A stretch of 32,000 nt of DNA from Xylella taiwanensis (GTDB lineage Bacteria > Pseudomonadota > Gammaproteobacteria > Xanthomonadales > Xanthomonadaceae). The position numbers and the translations under genes are program-made. The first letter of the stretch is position 1. Each line of letters starts with the position of its first letter. Below, one piece after another: positions 1 to 9,620 of this stretch. Below the pieces are notes generated by a model. That model saw only the letters and a list, made by a program, of their open reading frames with translations. It was not told the origin of the DNA and did not search any database. Where the stretch lies: assembly GCF_013177435.1 (NCBI RefSeq), contig NZ_CP053627.1, positions 1,500,001-1,532,000 of the forward strand. The letters are read 5' to 3'.

Positions 1-203
1 TTGCCTGCGTACTGCTACTGCTGTTGGGTTACACTCCATTGACCCATGAGCCTGTTTGGCGTAACTCACGATTGATACCATTGCTGCAACCCGGAGTCTC
101 ATGGATGCACGCTAAGCTGCCAACGCAGCAATCGCACTTAATAAGGCCAATGATCAGTAATACGGATTTAAGCAGATTGCCAGTATCCGGTGATAATCGC
201 TGA
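1..203 (+). CDS. cvpA: 3' end of a CvpA-like (colicin V production) membrane protein, 5'-truncated by the window edge
   Basis: Frame 3 is open from the window edge to TGA at 201-203. It is absent from the ORF track because it has no start in the window. The translation ...[36 protein letters not shown]... resembles the C-terminal W-x-x-S-x-LIP...W pattern I recall from E. coli CvpA. cvpA directly upstream of purF is the classic arrangement. Confidence 0.6.
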   Translation, partial: ACVLLLLLGYTPLTHEPVWRNSRLIPLLQPGVSWMHAKLPTQQSHLIRPMISNTDLSRLPVSGDNR

Positions 204-345
204 TATCCAGTCCAAACTATGCTCTTTAGGCCAACATCGACCCATTGCAGGTGTACGCTGGAGAATACAATATCCTGCAAATTTAAAGTTCACGGCCCAG
301 CATCCACAAACTCACAGTACAAGCTGCAGCGGAGAACACTCAATC

Positions 346-1803
346 ATGTGCGGTATCCTCGGTATCGTTGGGAACCAAAATGTTGCTGGTCAACTCTATG
401 ACGGTCTGACCGTCTTGCAGCATCGTGGACAAGATGCTGCTGGCATTGCCACAGCCGCCGGCACTCGTTTGCGCGTTCAAAAGGCCAATGGTTTGGTACG
501 CGACGTGTTCGACGAACAGCATATGGCGGTGCTTGATGGCCGTATGGGGATTGCTCATTGCCGTTATCCAACTGCTGGCTCTGAAGGTATGGACGAGGCA
601 CAGCCTTTTTACGTTAACTCACCATATGGCATCGCTTTAGCACATAATGGCAATCTGATCAATACAGAAGTACTACACCAGCAGGTGTTCGAAGCGGACA
701 GACGTAACATCAATACCGACTCCGACAGCGAGGTGCTACTGAACGTATTTGCATACGAGTTAGATGCGCAACGTATGCTCACTCCAGAAGCGGCAATCCG
801 TGCGGTGGCAGGAGTCCATCGCCGCTGTAAGGGTGGCTACGCAGTGGTCAGTGTGGTATTGGGACTGGGACTGGTTGCATTCCGTGATCCACACGGCATC
901 CGTCCGTTGGTGCTTGGCAAGCGCGAACATACCGAAGGTGACGAATACATGGTCGCCTCTGAATCGGCGGCACTCGATATCCTAGGGTTTATACGTATGC
1001 GAGACGTGCGTCCGGGTGAAGCGGTGGTGATTACCGCACGTGGCGAGCTATTCTCCGAGATCTGCACCACGCCTACCAACCATGCTCCTTGCATCTTCGA
1101 GTACGTGTACTTCGCACGTCCCGATTCGATGATCGACAACATTTCAGTGCATAAGGCGCGTATGCGTATGGGTGTGAAATTAGGTGAAAAGATCCTGCGC
1201 TTGCGCCCAAATCACGATATCGACACCATCATTCCGATCCCGGACACCTCACGCGATGCAGCGTTGGAGATATCTAACGTACTCGGCGTCAAGTATCGCG
1301 AAGGTTTCGTTAAGAATCGCTACGTTGGCCGCACTTTTATCATGCCAGGGCAGGGGGAACGAGTTAAGTCCGTACGTCGTAAACTAAACCCAATTCATTT
1401 GGAATTCCGAAACCGCGTGGTGCTGTTGATCGACGATTCAATTGTTCGCGGCACCACCAGCCGCCAGATTGTCCAGATGGTACGTGATGCCGGCGCACGC
1501 AAGGTGTACTTGGCAAGTGCTGCACCACCAGTGCGTTATCCAAACGTGTATGGCATCGACATGCCAGCAGCAGATGAATTAATCGCGCATGATCGTACTG
1601 AACAGGAAATACAGTGCCTTCTTGGCTGCGACTGGTTGATTTACCAAGATTTAGAGGATCTAGAAAGCGCTGTGCGCGAGGGAAACCAAGAAATCAAGCA
1701 ATTTGACTCATCGTGCTTCAATGGTAACTATATCACTGGAATTGAACGAGGCTATTTAGATCGGATCCGTCAAATACGCTCCGATGACCTCAAGCGAAAA
1801 TAA
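346..1803 (+). CDS. purF: amidophosphoribosyltransferase (glutamine PRPP amidotransferase)
   Basis: ATG at 346 gives the canonical N-terminus MCGILGIVG (Cys nucleophile after Met removal), with GGAGAA at 331-336 as a possible SD. A PRPP-binding motif [14 protein letters not shown] is present. The ORF-track start at 190 is an in-frame upstream extension without homology logic. Confidence 0.95.
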   Translation: MCGILGIVGNQNVAGQLYDGLTVLQHRGQDAAGIATAAGTRLRVQKANGLVRDVFDEQHMAVLDGRMGIAHCRYPTAGSEGMDEAQPFYVNSPYGIALAHNGNLINTEVLHQQVFEADRRNINTDSDSEVLLNVFAYELDAQRMLTPEAAIRAVAGVHRRCKGGYAVVSVVLGLGLVAFRDPHGIRPLVLGKREHTEGDEYMVASESAALDILGFIRMRDVRPGEAVVITARGELFSEICTTPTNHAPCIFEYVYFARPDSMIDNISVHKARMRMGVKLGEKILRLRPNHDIDTIIPIPDTSRDAALEISNVLGVKYREGFVKNRYVGRTFIMPGQGERVKSVRRKLNPIHLEFRNRVVLLIDDSIVRGTTSRQIVQMVRDAGARKVYLASAAPPVRYPNVYGIDMPAADELIAHDRTEQEIQCLLGCDWLIYQDLEDLESAVREGNQEIKQFDSSCFNGNYITGIERGYLDRIRQIRSDDLKRK

Positions 1804-1900
1804 GCCACTTAATATGAGCATCAACAATCAAGAGCAGCAAGAGCCTACAACGCGGACCAAATTAAACTCGAAAAAAGCATGTACTAAAAACTAATAAGCA

Positions 1901-1943
1901 CCAAAAAAGCGGTGAACCCAGCCCCCCGGCATGGATCCACCGC
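1901..1943 (-). terminator. candidate intrinsic terminator (reads best on the minus strand)
   Basis: There is a GC-rich hairpin at 1909-1943. The outer stem is GCGGTG/CACCGC, the inner pairs are CC..GCC/GGC..GG, and the loop is CCCC. On the minus strand it is followed immediately by TTTTTT (plus-strand A-run 1903-1908). On the plus strand a T-rich run (1951-1960) begins only 8 nt after the stem, so any bidirectional activity is weaker for purF. Confidence 0.45.
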
Positions 1944-2529
1944 AAAGGAAGTTTTATTTTATACATGGCACTCATTACTGCGATTGCAGAAAAAAGCACT
2001 GACCTTTAAAAACATGCTAAATAAGCATCATATAAATCTATATCGCAATAGAATATAGAACACAGAGATTATACGCAACTTCATGAAAGAATCAATAGTC
2101 CATCTCACCAACTCAAAACGTTAAATACACATTAACGTCCAATCATTAATTGGATCATAGTAAACCATCAGTCAGCTCATTGACGCTCTTAATTGTTTCT
2201 TTAGCAAGATCCTAACTATACGATCCATAAAGCTAAGACCGAATCATAGCTAGTCTAAAAATTCTTTTTATCTAGTAGGCAGTCTGGTCATTTAAGATGG
2301 TCGCAGAGAATGTAGGAAGAATGCCATACAACAAGTAGGAACGCCGCCATTGTTATGTGGTACGGGGCTTGAGCAAGATCTACTGGTCGATTTATTACAC
2401 ATAGGCACTCTCCATCTGCTGCACATTAATACGCTACCTACCCAGCTAAACTAAACTGTTAACGAGAAACTACATCTCTCTGATAAATGTTTTCAATTCC
2501 ATGAAAATATCGAACAAACTCGTGGACAT

Positions 2530-3042
2530 CTAAGGCATCCCCCCCATGTTAAATGTAGTTCCATCACTGTTGAGATTATGGACACAGGTAAGGCGCAAGG
2601 CATCCTCAATAGTGTCTAGATTCGGCAGTAGCGCTTGAGTCTCACTGAGCAGTACACGCATATGCACCCCCTGCGGCAATATCTCCTCAGACGCATCGGC
2701 AAGTAGACTATCACGTGACACCGAAATCAACTGTGGGAATGAACCTGTGAGTAAAGCAAAATACGGAAGATCAGCATGACAGCCAAGCGCCTTCATTAGG
2801 ATCACTTTATTACTGTCGGCAGTCACCTCCTCATCCAGCCCGATAAAGCGAGCAAAGGAGACCAACGGTACCTTCCAACCATACCAAACAATTCTGCCAA
2901 CCAACCAAGACGGAACATCAGTCAACGACTCGACTGACACACGCGACATCACCTCAGCCACCACTGCATTCGGCAATAATACTCGCTCGCTACCAGTCTG
3001 GATAAGAATTCCACGGATTTCGTCTTGGCTGATATAGCTCAT
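2530..3042 (-). CDS. chpC: CheW-like coupling protein of the Pil-Chp system
   Basis: The 170 aa ORF has a CheW-type core (LLPNAVVAEV..., VGRIVWYGWKVPLVSFARFIG) and an ATG at 3042 with AAGGAA upstream. It lies 21 nt downstream of chpB on the same strand, as the last gene of the operon. Confidence 0.85.
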   Translation of the reverse strand: MSYISQDEIRGILIQTGSERVLLPNAVVAEVMSRVSVESLTDVPSWLVGRIVWYGWKVPLVSFARFIGLDEEVTADSNKVILMKALGCHADLPYFALLTGSFPQLISVSRDSLLADASEEILPQGVHMRVLLSETQALLPNLDTIEDALRLTCVHNLNSDGTTFNMGGMP

Positions 3043-3063
3043 TGAAGACAGTTTCCTTGCATC

Positions 3064-4275
3064 TCAATGTTTAGTTGGCCAACGTGCACTCAAGGCATGT
3101 GCTAACTGGGTAGGATTACCGGAAAATTGTCCATCCAGCTCCAGGAGCGACGCTGCTGCAGGATCATAACAACCGGCACTCGCCTGACCCGCGACCCAAG
3201 CACCTCGCTTGGCAAACGCTAATATATCTGGAACCAAGGCCGCGCTAGCACCACTAAGCAACAGCACCGCGCTATCCTTGGCCGATAACATTGCCACCAG
3301 GGCCGCTGGATCCTCTGAGGAGATACTGAACACCAATGCATCGTCGCCGAAGCGTATGCCCAGATCATCCCGAAGCACATAAACATGACCAGCCTGAACG
3401 CGCTGACCAGATTCAGCCAAATCAACTGGCAATGTCGAGACTCGTCCCATCTGCCGGACTAGATTACTGTATTGACCACCATCCAACCCATCCATCCGTA
3501 TCAACACTGGATGTTTGAAACCAGCAGGTAATGCAGCCAGCAGACGCCGGATCGCATCCGGACCGCCGATACCAGCCAGCACTAGCACCGCACCGAATAA
3601 AGAGGATGTCGGCGCAGAGCTCAGAGCTAGACCAGGTGTGCCACAGGAGGGGTGATCAACTATGACCTCATCAATCAATTGCCAACCAAGCGTCCAAGAT
3701 CCCAAAGGGGCCAATGGAGCAGCAGGCAATGGTGCCAGTACCGGTTCTATTGTTGGTAAAGCAGTCATCAATTTTTCAAGATTCGAGACCAACTCAGGGT
3801 CATCAGCTGGTACTTTCCGAGATATCTCCACGGGATCATCAACATGCGAATATTCCAGGTTCGGTGGTAAATCCATTTCAGGTCTCGCTTCAATATAAAC
3901 ACCTTCTGGCAATGCATTATCTTGATCTTGACCATGTAACTTCGCTACCAAATGTCGACTCCAACGTTGCGCCTCCCAACCCTGGCGACGAGCAATTAAC
4001 TCGGCCTCATCAAAAATCACAGTCAAGCCAGGCTGAAGCAACACTACCTCCAGCGCCTCCAACGCCTCCTCGATAACGGGCTCAAGCGCGATCACCACAG
4101 CTTCTGGTGTGGCACCAAGCAGCATCCGTACGTCGAGAACACGAGGATCCTCCTCAAGCACAAGATCTACACCTGCTTGTATCAACACTTCACGCAAGCG
4201 CTCCCTTGCAGAGCCAGCACACCCCAGTAATGCAACGAGTTTGCCCTGGACGCTATTACTCCCGGACACGAACAA
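3064..4275 (-). CDS. chpB: ChpB-like protein: CheB methylesterase-fold C-terminal domain (apparently catalytically degenerate) with a divergent receiver-like N-terminal domain
   Basis: The C-terminal 170 aa align by eye to the CheB catalytic domain (VLVLAGIGGPDAIRRLL..., GQRVQAGHVYVL, LLLSGASAAL..AKRGAWVAGQ). The start is TTG at 4273-4275 (alternative GTG at 4269) and overlaps the chpA 3' end by 20 nt. Position after chpA matches chpB. Confidence 0.8.
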   Translation of the reverse strand: MFVSGSNSVQGKLVALLGCAGSARERLREVLIQAGVDLVLEEDPRVLDVRMLLGATPEAVVIALEPVIEEALEALEVVLLQPGLTVIFDEAELIARRQGWEAQRWSRHLVAKLHGQDQDNALPEGVYIEARPEMDLPPNLEYSHVDDPVEISRKVPADDPELVSNLEKLMTALPTIEPVLAPLPAAPLAPLGSWTLGWQLIDEVIVDHPSCGTPGLALSSAPTSSLFGAVLVLAGIGGPDAIRRLLAALPAGFKHPVLIRMDGLDGGQYSNLVRQMGRVSTLPVDLAESGQRVQAGHVYVLRDDLGIRFGDDALVFSISSEDPAALVAMLSAKDSAVLLLSGASAALVPDILAFAKRGAWVAGQASAGCYDPAAASLLELDGQFSGNPTQLAHALSARWPTKH

Positions 4276-7200
4276 CCCCTAGTAAATCATATACATTTCT
4301 CATCAGATCCAACTCTTGGTAGGGCTTCCCAAGATAGCGCTGTACACCGATCTCAAAGGCACGTTGACGATGCTTGTCACCGCTGCGGGAGGTAATCATC
4401 AGAATTGGTATGGTCTTAAAGCGATCATCAGTGCGCATAGCAGTGACTAATTCGTAACCATCCATACGTGGCATCTCGATGTCCAACAACATCAAGTCCG
4501 GGATACGTTCTTCAAGCAATTCCAGTGCTTCAACACCATCGCGAGCAAGACTAACACTGAGGTTGTGACGCTCCAGTACACGGCTAGTAACCTTACGCAT
4601 GGTGAGCGAGTCATCGACCACCATCACCAACGGCATCTGGGCCTGAGTAACAGGTGCTTCTTCAACCTCCAAACGTATCGGCTGACTGAAATAACGACGC
4701 ACCAACGGCGCTAAATCCAGAATGACAATCACACAACCGTCACCAGTGATAGTGGCCCCATAGATGCCTGGTACTGAAGCAATCTGCAATCCAACTGGCT
4801 TAACCACGATCTCACGGTTGCCAAGCACTTCGTCGACCGCTACAGCCACGCGCAAATCACCAGCACGCACCAGCAATAACGGCACCTGCTCGTGACGATC
4901 AGCATGCACTGCAGATTGACCAATCAGCAAACCGAGGTCATACAGTGCATATCTCTCTCCATCGTAATGGTAGCTGTCCCGATCAGATTTGTAGCGTTCA
5001 TGTGCAATCCTTCCAATGCCACTGACTGAAGCCACCGGAACCGCAAAGGTGCTCTCACCAATCCGAACAAATACCGCCTGGGTGACTGCTAGCGTCTGCG
5101 GTAGACGCAGAGTGAAAGTCACTCCGTACCCGGATACTGAGTCAATGTTGACCGAGCCACCGAGCTGACACACTTCGCTACGTACCACATCCATACCCAC
5201 GCCGCGACCAGCAAGCTGATTGACCTCATCATAAGTAGTGAAGCCAGAGGTGAAGATAAGTCCATCCAATTCGGCATCACTAAGATCGACATCAATCGGA
5301 ATCAAACCACGCTGCTTAGCACGACGCTGAATTGCATCCCGATCCAAGCCAACCCCGTCGTCGGCAACCTTCAACACGATTTCAGAACCCTCGCGTTGCA
5401 GCTGAATCGTGATCATACCCTCATCAGCTTTTCCAGCAGCACGGCGTTGCTCAGGCAACTCAAGACCGTGTGCTACTGCATTGCGCAGCATGTGCTCTAA
5501 TGGTGCGACCATACGATCTAGTACGTTACGATCAAGTTCACCATGAGTACCTTCCAGCACTAAATGCACCTGCTTGCCAGTGTCGGCTTCAGCTTGACGC
5601 ACCACACGACGCAAACGCGGTACGATGCTATTGAAAGGCACCATGCGTGCACGCATCAGCCCATCCTGCAACTCTGAGTTAACTCGCGATTGTTGCTGCA
5701 GTAGGCCATCGTATTGACGTGCCAGCTCGTCGAGTACCCCCTGTAGACCGTTCAAATCAGCCGCAGATTCGTTCAACGCACGGCTGAGTTGCTGCAAAGT
5801 GGAAAAGCGATCCAACTCCAATGGATCGAAATCACGTGAAACCAAGTGTTGTTCGCGCTGGTAACGCGCCACAATCTGCGCTTCCGTTTCCAAATCCAGG
5901 CGGCGTAACTGATCACGCAGACGCGCGTTGGTACGACCCAGCTCAGACATCGCGTTCCGGAAAGCACCCAATCGCTGCTCCAACTGCGAGCGATAGATAG
6001 CAACCTCACCAGCATGGTTGACCAAACGGTCAAGAAGGTCAGCGCGTACGCGCACCTGCTCCTGCACCAAACGTTCCAGAGAACCGTCCTCGCCATGACC
6101 TTCCAACGGTATTGGCGACGACAATGGGGGCATTACACTGACAGGCGCAGGCGCATATGCGACCGAGTCAAAAACAGCATCATGAAGAGCCTGTGCTCCC
6201 TTGTCAGCGATAGCACTTGAAGCCACGTTATCCTGAACAGACGAAACATCAGTCGTCAACGAACGCCCGACAAACACAGCAAAATCTGACACGCCATGAT
6301 GTGTGGTACCTTGTGTACGTGCTTTGAGCATCGTGATCAGATCGCTGGGCATCGCCACCGCACGATGTTGACGAGTATGTGTCAACATCTGATGCAAATG
6401 GTCAAAACTATACTCAAGCAGGCGCATATCATCACGACTAAGCATGATGTAATCAGCCATCACTGCTTCCAACATCGACTCAATACTATGACCCAGGTCG
6501 CCAATCGCGTTGATCCCAGCCATACGTGCTCCGCCCTTAAGCGTATGCAGGTCACGTTGTAAACCAACCAACAGCTCACGGTCCTGTGGTGCTTCATGCA
6601 GCTTCGCTAACAAATTGTCACAATGGTCAAGCAGGTCGCTACTCTCCTCAACAAAGATGTCAACCAACTCAAAAACAGGCTCATCAAAATCCAGCAGCCC
6701 CAGTTCCTCAGCAGGCGCTTGGGGGACAACTTCGGCGTTACCCGAAACAAGCGAGCGTGTGCCGGCCATCGCTGGGTCCGCTTTAGGATCATCCACTGTA
6801 GATGCAGCCACATCGTCGTATTGATACACAGCGTCCTGCGGAGGTGTATCAATCATTGGCCTCATTGGTTCGACTTCAGTACTTGATGCGTCCAACACAT
6901 CCAAGTCAAAACTTGAATCGTATACATCAGTCAATACATCACTACTCAGCAACACATCATGCGTTTGCTCCGACACACTTTCAGGATGCTGTAGTTGACA
7001 CTGCCTCTCCGGTATTGTTGCAACTAATTCACACAGGCATGTGACCAAAGACGCAAAAGAGGGAATTCGCGGGGATTCAGTTCGCAACGTGGCCACCGTA
7101 TCGGCAATCGCTGTGGCCGTTGCCGACAATACAGCCACACCTTCAACGCTGGCTTGTTGGTTTTTAGTAATTAGACGCTTAATATAAAGTTCCGCAGACT

Positions 7201-9514
7201 GCATCACCTGGGTGATTTCTGGAATCTCAGTCATAGCGAACGCGCCATGCAATGTGTGTACAGCGCGCAACAGCGGCTCGTTGACAGAATGAGATTGGCC
7301 AGCAGCAGCATTTAACCAAGCGTTGATAGTATCCAAATGGGTAGCAACCTCAGCTTCAAGGATTTCACGCAGCACACTGTCCACGAAGACAGGCGCACCA
7401 CCCTCGATCAGTTGAGGTGCCATGTTTGGTATGACCGATTCGCCAGCAACCCTGTCCGGCGACGCATAGAACGCATCTTCACCTGATGCAACCAGATCAA
7501 TTTCCTCCTGAATTGCTTCAAGATCAGCGCTGATCGAAGCCTTACCATGCAAAGCGGCATTTATCTCTGGAAGCACCACTTCACAGGCGCGTTCGAGCAG
7601 CGCAACAACAGCCGGACTCGCTGAACGCGAACCATCAAGCACGCGGTTAAGCATGCTCTCGATCTTCCAAGCAAAATCACCCAGGATGAGCGCGCCAACC
7701 AATCGGCCACTACCCTTAAGCGTATGAAACACACGGCGGATCTGACGCAAACTATCCATGTTATCCGGTGCCTCACACCAGATCGTCAGCAGGCGACGCA
7801 GGTTACCCAGTTCTTCATCAAATTCCTCAAGGAATACATCGCGGATATCACTGTCGATTATCACCCCAACATCGTCTTTGAAACCTTCAGACAACAGCGG
7901 TGCAACAAAAGCAGACGTACCTTGGGCAACAGTCTCATCGTTTTTTAAGGGATACAGTGCCATAGCCTCACCATGCGGAGGCGGCACCAAAACAGGCGTG
8001 CATTCAACCGACAACTCCAGAGCGTTCCCCTGAGCCCCTTCGTATCTCTCAGTAACAATCGGCTGCACCAGTTCCCGCAACGATGAGCCGGGAATGTACG
8101 CACTTTCAGGCGCAACTAATTCAAGGGATTTGGCTGCAAAAACACCCATTTCATCTTCGATCAGAGTCAGTGCTGGTGGCACCTCTTTAGGTGACATAGA
8201 TTTGACAGTAACAGCCGACAAAGCCAGCACATCTGTACTTTGTTGCGAACCAACGCTCTCACCATCCTTAGTAGCAAACGGCCAATAAGATAGTGACTCC
8301 AGGCTGTTACGTGTGATCTCGAGGATGTCCTCACGCCCCAGACGTCTCTCACGCAACGCTTCCAAGTAGTATTCTAAGCTGGCTATTGCATCCGCCAGAG
8401 TGTCTAGCTGACGGGCACCAGGCACACGACGCTTTGCGATTAGCTCACACTCGATATAACGGCGTACACCCTCCAGATAGCTTGCAGCCTGTGGCAACTC
8501 AAGAATTGACAACGCACCGCCAACTTCGCTGAGCAAACCGGGCACCTTCACCAAGCGCGCTTGGTCCCAATTGCTCTCGATGAAAGCAACAAAGCACTCA
8601 CGGGCCGCAGCAAAGTTAGCAATCGCTTCATGCGCCAGCACATCCAACGTACGACGGGTCTCAACGTTTACCAGCGCCACATCCCCATCAGTATCTGCCC
8701 CCAAGCTAGCGACTTGGTTGTCCAAAGAAGCATCAACATGGAGCAATGCGCCAGCGATGTCTAGCAACAGCGCCTCATCAGCTTGCTCTCCAGATTCAAC
8801 AATCCGCAATAGTGCATCACGCTGTTGCAGCACCAAGCTGCGAGCAATGCCCAAACCCATCATTGCCAAAGTATCAGCAACACTACTCAGCTCCACAATC
8901 TGTGTCCTTAAATCAGCGACATCGCCACCGATACGCAGATACAGATCCAACGCTTCCTTGACTCGGAGCAACTCTTCCTTCACTTCACTACCAACCGCAT
9001 CCAACAGTTGGCGATTACACCCACTCAGACTGCTACGGGCATGATCAAGCTCAGCTTCAGTAGCGTTGCGCACCTCAGGATCGAAAGCAAACAACACATT
9101 CTCATTCAATCTTGGTTCGCCACGCGCAGCACGAATCTCGTTAAGCAGAGGTAGAAGAACAATTGGAATATCCCGATGGCCGTTCTGCAAGCGTTCCAAA
9201 TAATCAGGCAGCAATAGAGTGCCGCGCATCAATACTGCACAGGCTTCCTCATGATCATCGACTCCATTGGCTTGCATCACCTTAGCTAGCCGTTCCATCT
9301 CCTCGGCCACCATCGCCGGAGCATACAATTCAAGCATGCGTAACGTACCCTGCACCTGATGCAGATAATCGGCACAAGAAAACATCCGGCTGGTGTCAGC
9401 AGGCTTCTCAACAAAGAACTCAATCTCCCGACGCGCCTGGCCCAAAACTTCATCCAGATCAGGCTTTATCCAACCAAGCGCAGCATGGCTCATCGCATCA
9501 CGAAGTGCGTTCAT
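4256..9514 (-). CDS. chpA: ChpA/PilL hybrid CheA-type histidine kinase (multiple Hpt modules, HATPase, CheW-like domain, C-terminal receiver)
   Basis: The 1752 aa protein has Hpt motifs at H52 (YLHQVQGTLRML), H597 (VFHTLKGSGRLVGA), H753 (AVHTLHGAFAM) and H990 (DLHTLKGGARMAG). Kinase boxes are HMLRNAVAHGLE (N box), DDGVGLD (G1) and GRGVGMDVV (G2). A CheW-like segment covers about aa 1475-1610. The receiver has VMVVDDS, LMLLDIEMPRMDG (D1678), LMITSR and YLGKP. Confidence 0.95.
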   Translation of the reverse strand: MNALRDAMSHAALGWIKPDLDEVLGQARREIEFFVEKPADTSRMFSCADYLHQVQGTLRMLELYAPAMVAEEMERLAKVMQANGVDDHEEACAVLMRGTLLLPDYLERLQNGHRDIPIVLLPLLNEIRAARGEPRLNENVLFAFDPEVRNATEAELDHARSSLSGCNRQLLDAVGSEVKEELLRVKEALDLYLRIGGDVADLRTQIVELSSVADTLAMMGLGIARSLVLQQRDALLRIVESGEQADEALLLDIAGALLHVDASLDNQVASLGADTDGDVALVNVETRRTLDVLAHEAIANFAAARECFVAFIESNWDQARLVKVPGLLSEVGGALSILELPQAASYLEGVRRYIECELIAKRRVPGARQLDTLADAIASLEYYLEALRERRLGREDILEITRNSLESLSYWPFATKDGESVGSQQSTDVLALSAVTVKSMSPKEVPPALTLIEDEMGVFAAKSLELVAPESAYIPGSSLRELVQPIVTERYEGAQGNALELSVECTPVLVPPPHGEAMALYPLKNDETVAQGTSAFVAPLLSEGFKDDVGVIIDSDIRDVFLEEFDEELGNLRRLLTIWCEAPDNMDSLRQIRRVFHTLKGSGRLVGALILGDFAWKIESMLNRVLDGSRSASPAVVALLERACEVVLPEINAALHGKASISADLEAIQEEIDLVASGEDAFYASPDRVAGESVIPNMAPQLIEGGAPVFVDSVLREILEAEVATHLDTINAWLNAAAGQSHSVNEPLLRAVHTLHGAFAMTEIPEITQVMQSAELYIKRLITKNQQASVEGVAVLSATATAIADTVATLRTESPRIPSFASLVTCLCELVATIPERQCQLQHPESVSEQTHDVLLSSDVLTDVYDSSFDLDVLDASSTEVEPMRPMIDTPPQDAVYQYDDVAASTVDDPKADPAMAGTRSLVSGNAEVVPQAPAEELGLLDFDEPVFELVDIFVEESSDLLDHCDNLLAKLHEAPQDRELLVGLQRDLHTLKGGARMAGINAIGDLGHSIESMLEAVMADYIMLSRDDMRLLEYSFDHLHQMLTHTRQHRAVAMPSDLITMLKARTQGTTHHGVSDFAVFVGRSLTTDVSSVQDNVASSAIADKGAQALHDAVFDSVAYAPAPVSVMPPLSSPIPLEGHGEDGSLERLVQEQVRVRADLLDRLVNHAGEVAIYRSQLEQRLGAFRNAMSELGRTNARLRDQLRRLDLETEAQIVARYQREQHLVSRDFDPLELDRFSTLQQLSRALNESAADLNGLQGVLDELARQYDGLLQQQSRVNSELQDGLMRARMVPFNSIVPRLRRVVRQAEADTGKQVHLVLEGTHGELDRNVLDRMVAPLEHMLRNAVAHGLELPEQRRAAGKADEGMITIQLQREGSEIVLKVADDGVGLDRDAIQRRAKQRGLIPIDVDLSDAELDGLIFTSGFTTYDEVNQLAGRGVGMDVVRSEVCQLGGSVNIDSVSGYGVTFTLRLPQTLAVTQAVFVRIGESTFAVPVASVSGIGRIAHERYKSDRDSYHYDGERYALYDLGLLIGQSAVHADRHEQVPLLLVRAGDLRVAVAVDEVLGNREIVVKPVGLQIASVPGIYGATITGDGCVIVILDLAPLVRRYFSQPIRLEVEEAPVTQAQMPLVMVVDDSLTMRKVTSRVLERHNLSVSLARDGVEALELLEERIPDLMLLDIEMPRMDGYELVTAMRTDDRFKTIPILMITSRSGDKHRQRAFEIGVQRYLGKPYQELDLMRNVYDLLGVVRVRE

Positions 9515-9620
9515 GGAAGTTCACCTGCTACGTCACCACTCAAAGAACGACGCACCCACATATTCTGCTTTGATATCATGCTGCACTTCATCTGCTCATC
9601 CCTTACAAGCTGAGAAGCAT

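Noticed and set aside
190-345. Upstream in-frame extensions offered by the ORF track: purF from 190, glyS from 18868, nadE from 21904, oleB from 25642, trmL from 28075, and the tonB-like gene from 13858
   Set aside because: In each case the conserved N-terminus of the family begins at an internal ATG, and the extension is non-conserved. Some extensions start with GTG/TTG or overlap the neighbouring gene.
2118-2139. Short inverted repeats in AT-rich spacers, for example ACGTTAA-N7-TTAACGT here and AGCTGA-N8-TCAGCT at the glyS stop (16647-16666)
   Set aside because: Stems of 6-7 bp in AT-rich DNA are expected by chance, and they have no flanking T-tracts or positional logic.
8571-9044. 157 aa plus-strand ORF (Ser/Ala-rich), along with many other 60-120 aa ORFs on both strands inside 4256-9514
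   Set aside because: These are shadow ORFs lying inside or antisense to the strongly supported chpA gene. They have low-complexity composition typical of off-frame or antisense translation of GC-balanced coding DNA, with no motifs and no SD.
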